Source: Octopus sinensis
Taxonomy: Eukaryota
Direction of reading: 5' to 3'
DNA: 64,000 nucleotides
Assembly: GCF_006345805.1 (NCBI RefSeq)
Contig: NC_043013.1
Location: 5,766,001-5,830,000 of the forward strand
How positions within the stretch are numbered: position 1 is the first letter of the stretch; each line of letters opens with the position of its first letter. This document shows, one piece after another, positions 26,201-41,200 of this stretch. Both the position numbers and the translations under genes were made by a program. The notes beneath the pieces were generated by a model. That model was not told where the DNA came from. It saw only the letters and a list, made by a program, of their open reading frames with translations, and did not search any database.

Positions 26201-29200
26201 AACAGAAGATCCAATAACCAGAGTATGTGCAACCACTGCAATGAAGCCATCAACGTGGGCACCTAAATCACTGGAGAGAGAAGAAAACAAAAATAGCAAA
26301 TGTAATAGATTTCAAAAATTCCACCCAACCAGCACCAACCAGAGAAATTAAACCCTTTAGCATTTCAACCAACCCGTATCTGGCCTCAAACATCTCCCTA
26401 CAATGTCATTGCAAGAATAAACAATCACATCATCGAAATCTTAAAGTTACAAGATAATGTAGAATTAATTGAAAACAGCGTATATAAACAAGCATTACAT
26501 TTGATGAAGTCATCATCATCATCATCATCGTTTAACGTCTGTTCTCCATGCTAGCATGGGTTGGACGGTTCGACCGGGGATCTGGGAAGCCAGAAGGCTG
26601 CCCCAGGCTCCAGTCTTATCTGGCAGTGTTTCTACAGCTGGATGCCCTTCCTAACGCCAACCGCTCCGTGAGTGTAGTGGGTGCTTTTTACGTGCCACCT
26701 GCACTGGAGCCAGGCGAGGCTGGCATCGGCCACGGTCGGATTGGTGCATTTTACGTGCTACCTGCTCGAAAGCCAGTCTGAATGCTAAAGAGTTAAAGTA
26801 ATTATTTAACCTAACCATTCAACTACCAGCAGCATTGATGTACTTTTATTGAGGTAAGATATGGTTATGCCTCTAAAAACTAGAAGGTAAGGTTTTAAAG
26901 AAGTGATTATGTTCATTAATTGGTGCAATGCATCTTCTTTTCTTCATGCTAGCTCAGGTTAGATGGTGAATTATTTGAGGCAGGATTTTACAGCTGGATG
27001 CTCTTCCTGACACAAGGGATTTTATATTCTAGGTGTAGTACAACTACTCATTATATCAACATTGTCACCATTTCATGTAAGCATAGAATATCAACATTTT
27101 ACATACATACAAGCTTCCTGCAGTTTCCATCTACCAAATTTACTCCCAAGGCATTGTTCAACCCTGGGTTATAACTAAAGACACTTACCCAAGGTGCCAC
27201 ACAATGGGAATGTTTCTGTACTCGATGCCAGCACAGCTGTGCAGTTGCAAAGTGAACTTCTTAACCCCCACAGCCGTGTAGGCCCCTAGTTTAGAAGTTT
27301 AGTCTTAGTTCTTTGAAATACTGCTGACCCCACTTTCTAAACACTATCTGAACTGTAAAGAACAAGCTGAGATATTCACATGCTACAGGGTCGGGACACA
27401 GTAAACAGAATAAGCACTAGAAAATTACTAATTGTAAATCTCAAAACAAGAGAGATTCAGCAACAGTACTTTGGAGTAAAGACTATTTGCCAGCATAACA
27501 TGGCAGTCCTGGTTTAGGATGAATGTTGCTGTAATTTAGCCCCAGGAGACATCATCTCCAGCTGGCTATACGACACGACCTCTCTCCTTATATTTTTGAG
27601 CAAGGGAATCTAGCACCCCCACTCAGCCCAAAACAATATCTGTGTATCGCGATTTCCGGGTTATTTCCCTTCATCAGCGCAAAATAATTGTTCGGCCAGA
27701 GGTGGAACTACAACCAGCTGGAGACAATGTCTCATGGGGCTAAATTACAGCAACATTAGTCCTAAACTAGGACTGCCATTTTATGTTGGCAAATACTCTT
27801 TACTCCAGAATAACCACCCTATCCCGACACTGAAATATTTGATAACCACTAGCAAAATTATAATGGGAATAATTTGAAGCATTCACAAAAGAGGATTTTA
27901 ACTTATTTTACATTTGTCTTTAGTAACCATCATTGTCACTTTTACACCCAATTTCTATATTGGTAGACAGGACAAAATTTCTTGAGGCAACAACATTCTA
28001 TGACCAGGTAGATGTTCTTCACGATAAACTCATTTTTCAATTAAGGTATTTTATTCAAAGGCAAACTCTTGGCTGTGTGGCCAACAAGTTTCCTTCCCAA
28101 ACTCATGGTTTCAGGTTCAATATTATAGTACTGGACTAAACAAAACCTTGAGTGGATTTAGCTGATGGAAACTGAAAGAAGCCCTTCGTGTGTATATGCA
28201 AGTGTATGTTTGTGTCTATCTCTTGACATCACAATTAGTGTTACTCATTCATTTCCAATACTCTGCAAAAACATGTCTGGCTATGGGGAAATGTCACTTT
28301 ACTTTGAAACAGGTGAAGGTGGTGACAGGAAAGGTCTCCATCCCAGAAAATCCACTTCAATATAACCCCATGCATGGGAAAGTGGAAAATTTAACTGCCA
28401 TTTCTAGCAGGTTGAATAACCATACAAAGGCTCTCATTGGTTTGGGTGGGTATTTGTAGATGACATGGTTGTAGAGTCAGGTTGTTCCTGTTTCACTAGT
28501 TGCTGTTTAGTCCCAGGTTGTGCTTCATAGAATGGACAGGCCTATGGTCAAAGGCCAAGACCATGCCATTTCTATCTTCCAGAAATGTGTACTTTGAACA
28601 ACTTTGTTCAATGTATGCTTTTTATAAAGCAGTGTGGTGTAGTGATTTGAGAGATTTGGCTATTACATCTAGCAAGTCAGTGTGTTTGTGTTATCTTGAA
28701 ATTGTGTGCTGATTATAACTGTCATACAAACGGTGTCTAGTTTGCAATCCACCGTGAAAACATGTCCAGCCATTATGTTGTTGGAAGGACTAGAGGGGAA
28801 ACTATAACCATGCCGGCATGGATGGGTTGGACAGTTTCACAGGAGCTGTACCAGTCTTCACCATCTGCTTTGGTATGGTTTTTATGGTTGGACGCCTTTT
28901 TTTAACACCAAACACGTTTCAGAGTGGAGTGGGTACTTTTTATGTGGTAGCAGCAACGGTGAGGTCAGCAAGTAACTTGCAAGACAAGGCTCTCTCAATT
29001 GAGAGCGGGGAGTAGTATTAACTCTTGATACTGCTCTGGTTCTATGATATCCAGTCCAAATATTCTATCTGTTTTATGTTCAAACTGGCCAGGTCTGGTC
29101 TTCAGCACCTATCTTCCAATGTCATTCTGAAAATGCACAATTATGTCATTGAAATCTTGAAGCTACAATACATGATGAATTTAATACAATATGAGCGAGC

Positions 29201-32200
29201 ACAAACCTCAACCAAGGCAACGCCGTCGTCTTCTCAGCGATTAGCCAGAGGTGAGTTTTTGAAATGTGCAAAGTGATTAAAATATGACAGACAGACAGAA
29301 ACAAGTGTCTTGCTGTGGAGGAAACAGTTAACCCAGGCAGAGAGAGAGAGGTGGTGACAATGTGCTAGGATGTACTTTTAAGGTACAAGGGCGATGGGGA
29401 TATAAATGGAATGGTAGAGGATTGCCCAGGGTGTGTGAGTAGGAAGTTCATGAAAGTGAATAGGGATGGCTATGTGGTAAATATTTTCAGTTTGATAAAT
29501 CAAATGACTACAATAAAATGTTTAATGGTTGTCTGAGTAGGAATGGTCATGTGGTTAAGAAGTTCACTTCTCAACCACATGGTTCCAGGCTCAGTCCCAC
29601 TATGTGACACCTTGAACAAGTATCTCCTACCATAGCTCCAAGACGAAGCCCCGTGAGTGGATTTGATAGCTGGAAACTACAAAGCCCATCTGAACATCGT
29701 TTTAATGTTCACTTTTGTATGCTTACATAGGCCAGACAGAATTTGAAGTCGAAGCAGATTTTCTACAGCCAGATGCCCTTCCTGCTACCAAGCCTCACCT
29801 GTTTTCAGGCAACGTAATATCTTCCCATAGCTTAGCCATGTCTTTAGAGAAGACTGGAAACTTCATTTGGATGACAGTTATACTCACTCACGGCCATTAT
29901 CTGATGTCGCCACAAGGACACATACACACACTGAACCCTTTTTAGTTTCCCCTACCAGACACACTCACTAGGCTTCGGTGGACCTAGGACTATAGTAAAA
30001 GATATTTGCCCAAGGTGCTGCACCAGGCACTGAACCTAAATCCACATGGTTGGGAAGCAAACTTCTTAACCACACAGCTACGCCTGTGCCCCTATGTGTC
30101 TGTGCAAATGTTTACATCCTAAATGCTTCACATGAAAAAGCAGTGAACTTTGTTGTTTCTCCTGCCAATAAAATCATCCACTGGTTCCACACTCCCAATG
30201 TGGAAGAAAAGATCCCTTTTTCGAAAAACAGACAAGCCTAGGGTGGGGGGGGGAGCAGTAAAATAATACTGTAATAATATATCTAACACATGCAAGATTG
30301 GCTAAATGGACATAAAAACCAAATGAAATCAACAATTTGGCCACCAGCCCAGCTCCACCACCAACCCTCTTTTATGTGCCATGGTAACCGATTCTTTTTT
30401 TTTTAATGAAAAATACTTACATTTTAACAACATCTCCATCTTTCAATAAAATCTCAGGTTCGCTTTCCAAGGGTGAGAAATGACACACACAGTTGTTGAC
30501 GGATATGCAAGTAGGAAATGCCAAACCTGAAAAATGAAACAGAATTTTATTGCAAAGATCACAAAGTAAAAACCTTCGTCTGTAAAATCATTCTTGAAAT
30601 GCAAACTAAAGGAAACAAATAACAAAGATGAAATGGTTACTAAATAAAAAGAGCCAAGAGCTTCCAGATGAAAGGAAAATTGTTTTAATTAAAAGAGCAA
30701 GAGATTCAGAATTCCTTTGACCATCTTCTACTTTTTACTTATTTCAGTCATTGTACTAGGGCCATACTAGAGCACTGCTTTGAAAGGTTTAGGTCAGTGG
30801 TTCCCAAACTTTTTCACCGAAGTCACATTCCTAGCGCCCCCACCCTCCGACTAACCACCACAAACATATACCTTTTTCTGAAGCAAATTCAAAGCAACTG
30901 TATTTCACAAATAAAACCTCACCTAATGAACTCATTATGTTGTTGTTTTTACATAAATCACTACCCCCATTATAACTCCACTTTTCTTCACCCCCCCCCC
31001 CAGGGAGCAATACCACCCACTTTGGGAACCACTGGTTTAGTTGAATCAATGAATCCCAGTTCTTAAGTATAGTATTTATTCTATCAGTCCCTTTCGCAGA
31101 CATGCTAAGTTATGGTGACTTACAAATCAACAAAAGTTTTCCTCAGTTTCTGTCTGCCAAATTCACTCACAAGGCACTCCAAGAAAATAGGCCGACCACG
31201 CATTAACACTGCCAGAACCCAAGGTGTCCATGTAGTGCGACTGAACCAGAAATCAGACGATTGCAAAATGAACTTGCCTTTTAACCACATAATCATGTCT
31301 GCACTGTGTCTAAGCCTTTAGCATTCAGATTACACTCGCAAAAGAAATGCTTTTTTTATTCACATTATTTTGAATTGATCATACATGATCTTGTAGCTTC
31401 AAGATTTGAATGATGTGATTGTTTATATTTAGAATATCATTGTAGGGTAGATGTGAGAGGCTTGACCAGGTCAGTTTAAACATAAAACAGGTAGAAATAC
31501 TGGGTCAGATATGGCTGAAACCGGCTCTGGCTCTGTAGTACAAATGTCTTGTTTTCAGAATTTTTGAATTAAAATCTTCTACCAAACCTTAGTCACAATT
31601 TATGTTCCTAATACAAGCTGAATGATAACTAAGTTATTTTACTAAATTCTTTGTTATATTTAAAGTGATTGAAAGAAACACAGAGCATCTCAAAATAAAT
31701 ACAGTAATGAAAGGGTTAAATGCTAAAACGTTAAAATCAAAGTAAAATATGAATTTGACGTCTACAACTATTTTCTAGCAACTGCCCACATCTGCCGTTT
31801 CTCTGAAGTTACAATATTAACAGTAACTAGAAGCTTCAATCTGGATATGAGCAGACTAACAAATCAAAATATCACACACAGTAAGTACAGCATCAACATC
31901 AAGTCTGCACTGAATGACAGGAATCAGTGATTACATGAACCGTGTTTAGATAACACAGAACTAAACTTGTGGAAAATAAGAGAGAAAACTGACAAGGCAA
32001 CAATAAATATCAAGAGATCCTGAAAAGATTGGCTGGACAGTTAGTTATGACCCCTCATTCACCAAATGACTGAAGAGTAGTAAGTCATGGCCTTTAACCT
32101 TTCTGATACCAATCCACCCGAGACCATCCCTGGTTATATGATACAACCTTCCGGTTTTAAAGTAATCTAAATCAAAACCATCCATGGAAACTTCATATTA

Positions 32201-35200
32201 ATTTGTTCTTTATAAACACCAGCTTAATAACAACCAAGTTATTTCAACAAAAGCTTTGTTATTAAAATTAATTGAAACAAAGGCAGCGTATTTTAACAAA
32301 AAGGTTAATCCAAATTAAAAACCTGCTACAAAAATTTTGTGTTAATTTATGTTCCAAACACCAGCTTAACAATAAAATTATTTCACTAATTTTTTTGTTA
32401 TTTTTCAAAATCCACCAACCAAAAGCAGTATCAATATTATGGTAGCGAAAGAGTTAACCTCTGCTACATTGAACTCTTCCAAATCCGTGAATCCTTTGAA
32501 ACTCTCTCAGTATTAATTAACAGAAGGATAAAACTTATACAAATGGAAAATACACGATTAGATCTATTTAACCCTTTCGTTACTGTATTTATTTTGAGAT
32601 GCTATGTGATTCTTTCAATTACTTTAAATATAACAAAGAATTTAATAAAATAACTTAGTTATCATTCAGATAGTGTTAGGAACATAAATTGTGACTAAGG
32701 TTTGGTAGAAGATTTCAATTCAAAACTTATGAAAACAAGACATTTGTACTACAGAGCAAAAGCCAGTTTCAACCAGGTCGGTAGCGAAAACCTGTTAGCA
32801 TTTAAACCGGCCATATCCAGCCAAAAGTATTCTGCCTGTTTTATGTTCAAAATGATCAGATCTGGTCTCTCACACCAACCCTACAATATCGTTTTAAAAA
32901 TTAACAGCTACCTCATCAAAATCTCATAGGTACAAGATAATGCGTGATTAGTTCAAAACAATATGGATAAAAAAGCATTAATTTTGGTAGAATAATGCGA
33001 ACACTAAAGGGTTAAACACAGTTTTAGTGTAAATCTGTGGTGAATTACACTCAGCAACAGATTTCTTAGGAAATCATGAAGATAGGTGCAGGTATGGCTG
33101 CATGGAAAGAAGCTTGCTTCCTAACCACATGGTCTTTCCAGGGTTCAGTCCCACTGCGTGGCACCTCAGGGAAGTATCTGCTACTATAGCTTCAGGCTGA
33201 CCAAAGCTGTGCAAGTAGATTTGGGAGACAGAAACTGAAAGAAGCCTATCGTATATATGCATATATCTGGGTGTGCGTGTGTATTTGTGTCTGTGCTTGT
33301 CCCCTACCACCACCTGACAACCAGTGTTGGGTGTGTTCACCCGCCCCCTCAACTTAGCCTTTCAGCAAAAGAGACTGATAGAATAAGTGCCAGGCATATA
33401 AAAATAAATAAAATAAAGTACTAGGGTTGATTCCTTTGACAAAAAGTTCTTCAAGGCAGTGCCCCAGCATGACAGCAGCTTAAATAACTGAAACAAGTAA
33501 AAGATGAGCCAACAGCTATACACACACAGCTGCTACATTAGAGACTAGAACAGAACGGTGTGTACAAGACCAGCTCATCTGACTTAAAAGTACTAAGACT
33601 GACATAAATGAGAGGGAAAATAATGAGGCTAAGTTGCAGTCTTTGGCCCTCCCAATCAACCCTGAACAACCTATCTTTGCTTTATCATATCTTCTAATTT
33701 CTCTTTTTTCAAGAGCAGGGTGTAAGTTGAGAGATTTGGGTACTGTTTGTACCAGATCAAAGAACTGTATGGAGACTCCTTCATTAGTTTGAACTAGGTT
33801 AAGTGTGTGATAAGGAGAAGGTAACACAAAAGTGATACAACAGATTAAAAAAAAAAGTGATAGAATATTATTGTAAACCGCAATAACCAAGCAGTTGCAG
33901 GTGTCTAATTCCAGGTCAGACGTTCTCAACCATTTTTGCATATGGACCCCTTTCATTCGTATTTTACTCTACTAGAGCCCCATGTTTAAAAAAAAAAACA
34001 TTTTAATAATCAAGTATTAATAATAATAGTATAAAAAAACTGTTAAAATATTGTATATAGTAGAAGTATAACTAGTTTATTCCACATAAATTTTAACAAA
34101 ATTTATGGACCTTTAAGAGTCATATGGACCACTGATGTAAGCCTATTATCACCCCATTTTTTTTTCTGTATATCCAAGACTACATTATCTAATGTGATCC
34201 CTTTTTTAAACTGGTAGAGTGTGATATCAGGAAGATGCCCAGGTAAAGGACCCCATCCCATTATCTCAAACTGATCAGATGTTTAATATCTAAATTGCAT
34301 TTATAGTAACACATATGGTTGATAGATCATGAGTAACATACTGGGAAAAATGAAAATGAAAAAACATGGTTTAGTTAGTTTGAAGACATATCTCACAGAT
34401 GATCTGAGATGCATCATCAGTGAGGTTTCTGGAGACTTAGAAGGCTCTGAATCTTTCAACATCAGACCTCCATCCTTACCCAGTTAAGCTTGACCACATA
34501 ACAACTTGCTCCTCAACAACAGAGAACCACAAGTCTACCCTATTTATCTGAAGCCATCTAGTGACCATCTCCACAGCTTCAGTGATGGAATGTAGGCAGT
34601 TCTTCCCCATTTGCTGCACCAGTAACTACAATTTCAACCAGGGCTCTGCAAAATGGACACCTTACAAGACCCAGACAACTGACTGCAATTGACTCACAAA
34701 GAGCCCACCAGTACCACCACCTGGAATACAGCTAGGCTACTTAATGTGGTTTAGTGAATACACAGCCACGACTACCACCAAGACAATGGCTAGTATAGTG
34801 GGTGTACCATCAAAACCAATGTGAGTTACTTTAACCCTTCTATTGTATTTCTGAAAACTTTGTTTCAATTAATTTTGAAAATCTGAAATATTAAATTAAA
34901 AAACTGCCATAATTACACTGATGTAAGGCAATGAGTTGGCAGAATGGTTAACACCCCAGACAAAAAGCTTAGAGGCATCCAACTTTATATTCTCAGTTCA
35001 ACTTTGCCTTTCATCCATTCAGGGTCAATGTAAACGACTAGCCCCTTCCTCGCAAAATTTCAGATTTTGTGCCTATAATGGAAAGGGTAATTAAACTGCT
35101 GCTGTTCGGATGAAATTTTGATAGAGGAAGGTTTTAATTTAGATAATGTAAAACAATAGAAGTTTGTAGTAACTTGGTATCAAATGGGTTAATTGTCTGT

Positions 35201-38200
35201 TACCAATATTCCTTGATTTACAACCATTTTTATAGGCACAAGAAACAAATTCAATAACTGCTTTTGTTGGAAATCTGGTAAAAAAACAAACAAGTTGATT
35301 GTGGATCAAATCTTGTTACCCAAACCACCTGTGTTGATATAGTCGATATATTACCAATGTATCCAACACCATCTGGATTTATCTATTCACAAATTAAAAC
35401 AGACAAAAATTTAAGATAAAGTGATATCATTACCTAAACAACTGTACAATGTCTAACATTGCCCTAACGTGAAATTTTGGTGTTCTCAAAATTTTTCCCA
35501 AATCCACATTTCCTCCACCATAATTTTCTAACATTTTCAAAAGTTATAGAAATTTCAGATTTGGCCAGAAATACTGAATCTTCGAATGAATTTTCAATGC
35601 AAATAATAATATTAAAAAATGCTACAAGTGTAGCGTGGTGGTGGACTTTCAATTTGATAGTGTATAAACAAAATGGCCTGCAGTAGTGGAAGTCATGAAT
35701 TCCAGAAAGAGAATGTCAAGGGAACTTTTTAAATATTTCTTCAGCCATAACCATTTAATCAACTATCCCTCATGGAGACATAATTGGTTTATTACCAACA
35801 TCTCTGAGTTTTAGAACAAACTCAAAGAGCTAATAGTGAAATATTAAAAGTCAAATAGATCCTTCTCAGTCATATAGACTTATAGGTCCAGTTTCTCGGG
35901 TCCTGTGGTGCACGTATTCTCTGCTGGACTGGGACACTTGTCCATTGCAGGACTACACTTTTTTTGCAAGCTGAGAGGATTGGAGCAACATGAAATGAAG
36001 TGCCTTGCTCAAGAACACAATGTGCTGTCCAGTCCAGGCATTGAAACTATGATCTTACAATCACAAGTCCAACACCCTAACCACAAGACCACACGTGCCT
36101 ACACAATGTCAAATAGCTATCTATATATTATCTATGTATCTACACAGTTGATAAGCCAAATACTACTGTTTCCGTCTAAGATAAAATTTCTTAGTTGGTA
36201 CGTGTTTGTTAAAAACAATATAAATGCTACTTCAATTGCATAAGCTGGGTTGAATATAAAGTTTAATAACTTATATTATACACATCAGTGATTACAAAAT
36301 AATTTGGTCTAATTCTACCTCTCCCAGATTCTTTAATGCCAGGAAGGTAGAAGTTGGATGGAGCAGAACACTAACACTTCCAGTTGGTATAGTTTATATA
36401 TTGAAGAAGGCGTTGGGTTGAGGGAGACCCTGTCCAGTGCTGGAGCAACGATAAGATGCACCCAGTGCACACTTTGAAGTGGTTGGCATTAGGAAAGGCA
36501 TCCAGCTGTACAGAATCAAGCCAAAAACAAAACATGCAAATCAGATATGGCTGCTTGGCCCATTTCTGAAAGCAGTAACTTCTGACTCAAACTGACAACC
36601 CATACCAGCATGGAAAGCAGACATAAAATGAGGATGATGCTGAAGTATTGCAAAATAGAGATGTCTTTTAGAAACCAATGCCATGTAAACTGGGAATAAA
36701 AGAGTAAGCACCACTACAATGATTCTTCTAATCACAATCAGTTTTGGACACCCACACTAACACGGCTACCAATACCACAGGATACATATAACCCATTGTA
36801 GCAACTTAACCACTTGTGCAACTACTAAAACATGGCCCTAAGTGCATCTTCACCCAGTAACTTAACATAGAAACTAAGTTTTAATAGAATTACCCACCAA
36901 TTGAAATGGGTATCAACTGTGAAACCAACCTCGACCTTAACTACAATGCCTACCTACCACCTTGACAACCAACTGTAAACTGAACACGGAACTCTAGAAC
37001 TGAGCATCTCATTTTCAACATCTTACAGAAACACACTGCCCCAGCCCCTGACTTCTTGAAGTTCCAGACAAAACCCAGAAACAAAAGGGAGACAATTCTG
37101 CATCAAGATAGACAATGATCAAGCAATGGAATACCCAACTAGGATGAAATCACTTCCACCATAACCAGTCAATTGGAATTCTTTATCTACTCAACCAGCA
37201 AAAAAAAAAAAAAAAAAAAGGATACCAACTGGACGAATGTAACTTGAGAAGATTTTCCAATAAAATTTAATCAGTTTTTATAACTGTAAACAAACTTCCT
37301 ATCATCTACCATTTTCTTAGAATCTACAAATTCAGATCAAATGCATTGTCCCTATTATAGAAGGCCCTTCATTTAAAATATCCGAGTTCCTGTCCAAAAT
37401 CCTCCAACCTATGCTCCACATTAGCTCCAATCACATCAATAGAAGCCTCAGTGATTCTAACCCCTACCTCCATACAACAGACATTCCTTCAGTCTATAAA
37501 TGTCATTTATCTCTACATCTCTTTACCTGTTTTCCCAAGCATCAACCAAATAAAACCAACCCCTGCATTTCTTAGAAGTCCTACTGCTGTCCCTTCATGT
37601 CCCCAGATCCCCACCAGCAGATGATGCTTATTGTGAACAATACCCACTTCTATTCTAGGGAATCCAGAACATAAACAGATATCAGGACTATCTGTAGGGG
37701 TTAAGTCTGTCAAGTCTACTGCCCAAGACATTTATGGACCAGCTGGGGCGCACAACTCCTCAATTCCCAAGACCTTTAGCAATATGCTGTGCTTGAGAAG
37801 AGCTGTGAAGCCAAATGAAATTGCAGTCACGGTCGATGCTGGTGTCACATAACTGGCACCTGTGCCAGCGGCATGTAAAAAGAACCTACGACACTCTTGA
37901 AATAGTAGGCAATAGGAAGGCCATCCAACAGTACAAACCAGGCCAAATCAGACTGGAACCTGGTGCAGTTCCAGTCAAACCATCTAACCCATGCCAGCAT
38001 GGAAAGCAGATGTTAAATGATGATGATGATCCTCATCTATAGGTCTAGATTACGTCTTGTGAGGAAGAAAATTGTACATAAAGTATGTTATAGCATCGGC
38101 ATTTAAAGTCCATTTTTCCATGCTTGCATGGGCCAGATGAAATTCATGGAGGCAGATCTTCCTACATCCACATACTCTTCCTGTTGCCAACCATCACCTG

Positions 38201-41200
38201 TTTCTAAGCTGGGTAATATTTCCCCCATAGTCCTTTGAACTCTGACTGCACAATGGCTGGGCATGTTTTCACAGATAATTGCAGACAACAGTTTGTATGA
38301 TGGTGACGTTTGTTTCCAATTAGGGTGCAACATCACCAAAGGTCTCAAGGATTGAAGACCAGAAAAGCATGAACACACACAATGGCTTCTTTCACCTTCT
38401 GCCTCTCAAATCTACTCACAAGGCTTTGAAGTTGAACACCATATCTTCATATCTATCTGGTTGATTTCAGGCTCAAAATCAGAAGAGATCCATTAACACC
38501 AAGTGAAACCCACCAGCAGAGATCTATCTGTATACTATGAATCAACCCTACCAACCAGGGGTGAGGGCCATTTACATACACAATAGAATTTTCCATATAA
38601 ACAGATGAAGCAAAGCAAGAGACAGAACAGTCAATATCAAATACTTTGAAATAGTGATAATAGCTAACAGCTACCTAGCATCATTTACCAGACACTGGGC
38701 TGGGAATCAACGAGATTCCCACCGTTCCTATCTACTGTCTAGCGAAACCACAGCCAAGGGAATGGGCTTGGTACTGATTTGTACCCAACACACTGAGCCT
38801 TCACTAAAATACCTGGGCTGGGATTTGGTCCGTACATGATAATGTTTGTAAGCTGGCCAAATGCCATATCAACAATATGGATGTGTGTGTATGGGATTAT
38901 GCATAGGTACCATGTAACATGTAATAACTGTGGTAAAACTTACATGTAGCAGTGGTTAGGTGGTTGGAGATAAGAGTAACCTGTTCTTTGATTTCACAAC
39001 CTCAGTCACTCTAGAGCAGTGCTCCGCAACCACTTTTCACTTGAGGTACACTTATATTCTTTTCAAAATTCGGCAGACTAAAAATATAACTAAAAGTATA
39101 GGGACAAAGATTATATTGAGGTTACACTGCGGCACACCAGTGTGTCGCAGAACACTGCTTTAGAGTGATCTGTAGTCATGCTTGTATTTCAAAATAACCC
39201 TTAACAATGGAAGGAAAAAAGCAGGTCCTTAAATCTGTTTTGGGGAAGGCATGACTACTGGATCAAATCTCCAACATTTTCATCTCTTAAATCTTTGCTT
39301 ATCTCTGTTGATTATACATAGCCTTTCAATTAATTTAGAAAACCATGAAGGACCAATTAAAATAATCGCCATCATCAAGCTACTATGAAGTAAGAAATTA
39401 ATGTTAATTTGAATCCTTTTGGTACTATATTTCTATTGCAATAGATTGCTTTTGCTTCAATTAATTTTGAAAATAATGAATTAGTAAAATAACTTTGTTG
39501 TTTTTAAGTCGGTGTTTGGAACATAAACATGAAATTTTGATGGAAGATTTAACTCAGATCATTTTAAAGCAATCAGTCTGTATAAAAAAAACCAGCAGTT
39601 TCAGGTAATTTGGTTACAAAAAGTTTAAAAAGGTGGGTTTTGTTTTTTTAAAGATAAAATAAATTCTTTACCTTTTTTCATTTCTTTATCTTTCTTGAAT
39701 ACTTTAGATGTTTCTTCAAGCAATAATTCATCCCCAAATTTGCAAATTTGGATAACAGATTTACCAGCTTTACATTCTCCAATGACAAGTTTTAGGATTC
39801 CTGTAGAAGAAAAAAAGCATATGGTAAAAGTTAATAATAGAAATGGAGGGGGGAAAAGTCTCTAGACCACCTGCTCTTGCATAAAACACAGGTTTAACCC
39901 TTTTGCAGCCATTGCCTTCGTTACAGTTAATTTTGAAAAATAACACAGAATTTAATATACCAACTTTGTCATTGGTGTTTGCAACATAGATTAACATAAA
40001 ACTTGAAAGTTTTGATTTAGATCACTTTAGTACATGAGGAAACTTATAGAACTAGGGACAGTCACAGGTAGGTTGGCATGAAAAGGGTTAACTTTATAGC
40101 ATTTTAACTGGCCATATCTGGCAAAAATATTCTCTTTGTTTTATGCTTAAATTGGACAAGTAGTCTCTCATGCCTACCTCACAATGTCATACTAAAAGTA
40201 GGCAATCCCAACATTGAAATCTCAAAGGTATTAATTCAAATCAATGGGAATAAATAAGCATTACATTTGACAAAATAATCTGAATGCTAAAGGGTAAATA
40301 TTTTACGCTATGTAACCAACAGCAACACAATGGCTTCATCAGTAACTAAGTCATAAATGTACAACACTTTACTAATTTATAGCATGGAATACTTTTACAA
40401 AACGAAAGTGAATGTAAAGTTTGTGTGAATGTTTTCTGAATGGCTACCTTAAATCTTGTATGATGCATGTGTTTCAATTATAACACACAACCACAAATTC
40501 AGATTACTGCCAAACAAAAGCAACTCCAATCTCTATCATCACAGAGTCAATTCTTGTACATAGAAAAACTCTCCCTGTATACTATAAAACCTACAACACT
40601 ACAGAAACATTTAAAACAAAATCCTTCAGTCAAGGAGAGAGGAAGAATATAAAACAGAGATATCAGTCCAGCTTTATCAAGTATTTTACTGTAAAAAGAT
40701 AAAGTAGAACATAAACCTTTGTTGTCAAGTGGGTCAGTTTATTTCTAAAACCTGATTTCCAGAATTGATATTTTAACTTAGAAATGTCAAATTTCGCATC
40801 AGAGATGGCAGCTTCAGGATAACTATATGACATACACACACAGGTATAAGCATGGCTGTGTAGTAAGAAGCTTGCTTCCCAACCACATGGTTCTTGGTTC
40901 AGTCCCACTGCATGGCACCTCGGGCAAGTGTCTTCTACCATCGCCAGACTGAACGAGCTTTGTGAGTGGATTTGGTTGGTGGAATCTAAAAGCCTGCGGT
41001 GGGTTTGTGTCTCCTTGTCTTTGACATCATGTGACAGTTGTAAATGAGTATCACTGTCAGACAAGCAGCATTGTTCATTTGTTATTCTGCAAGAACATGT
41101 CTGGCCACAGGTAAGTATTACCTTGCTTGGAAACAGGTGAGGGTTAGCAACAGGAAGGGCAATTAGCCACAGTAAATCTGACCTTAATAAACTGTAGAAG

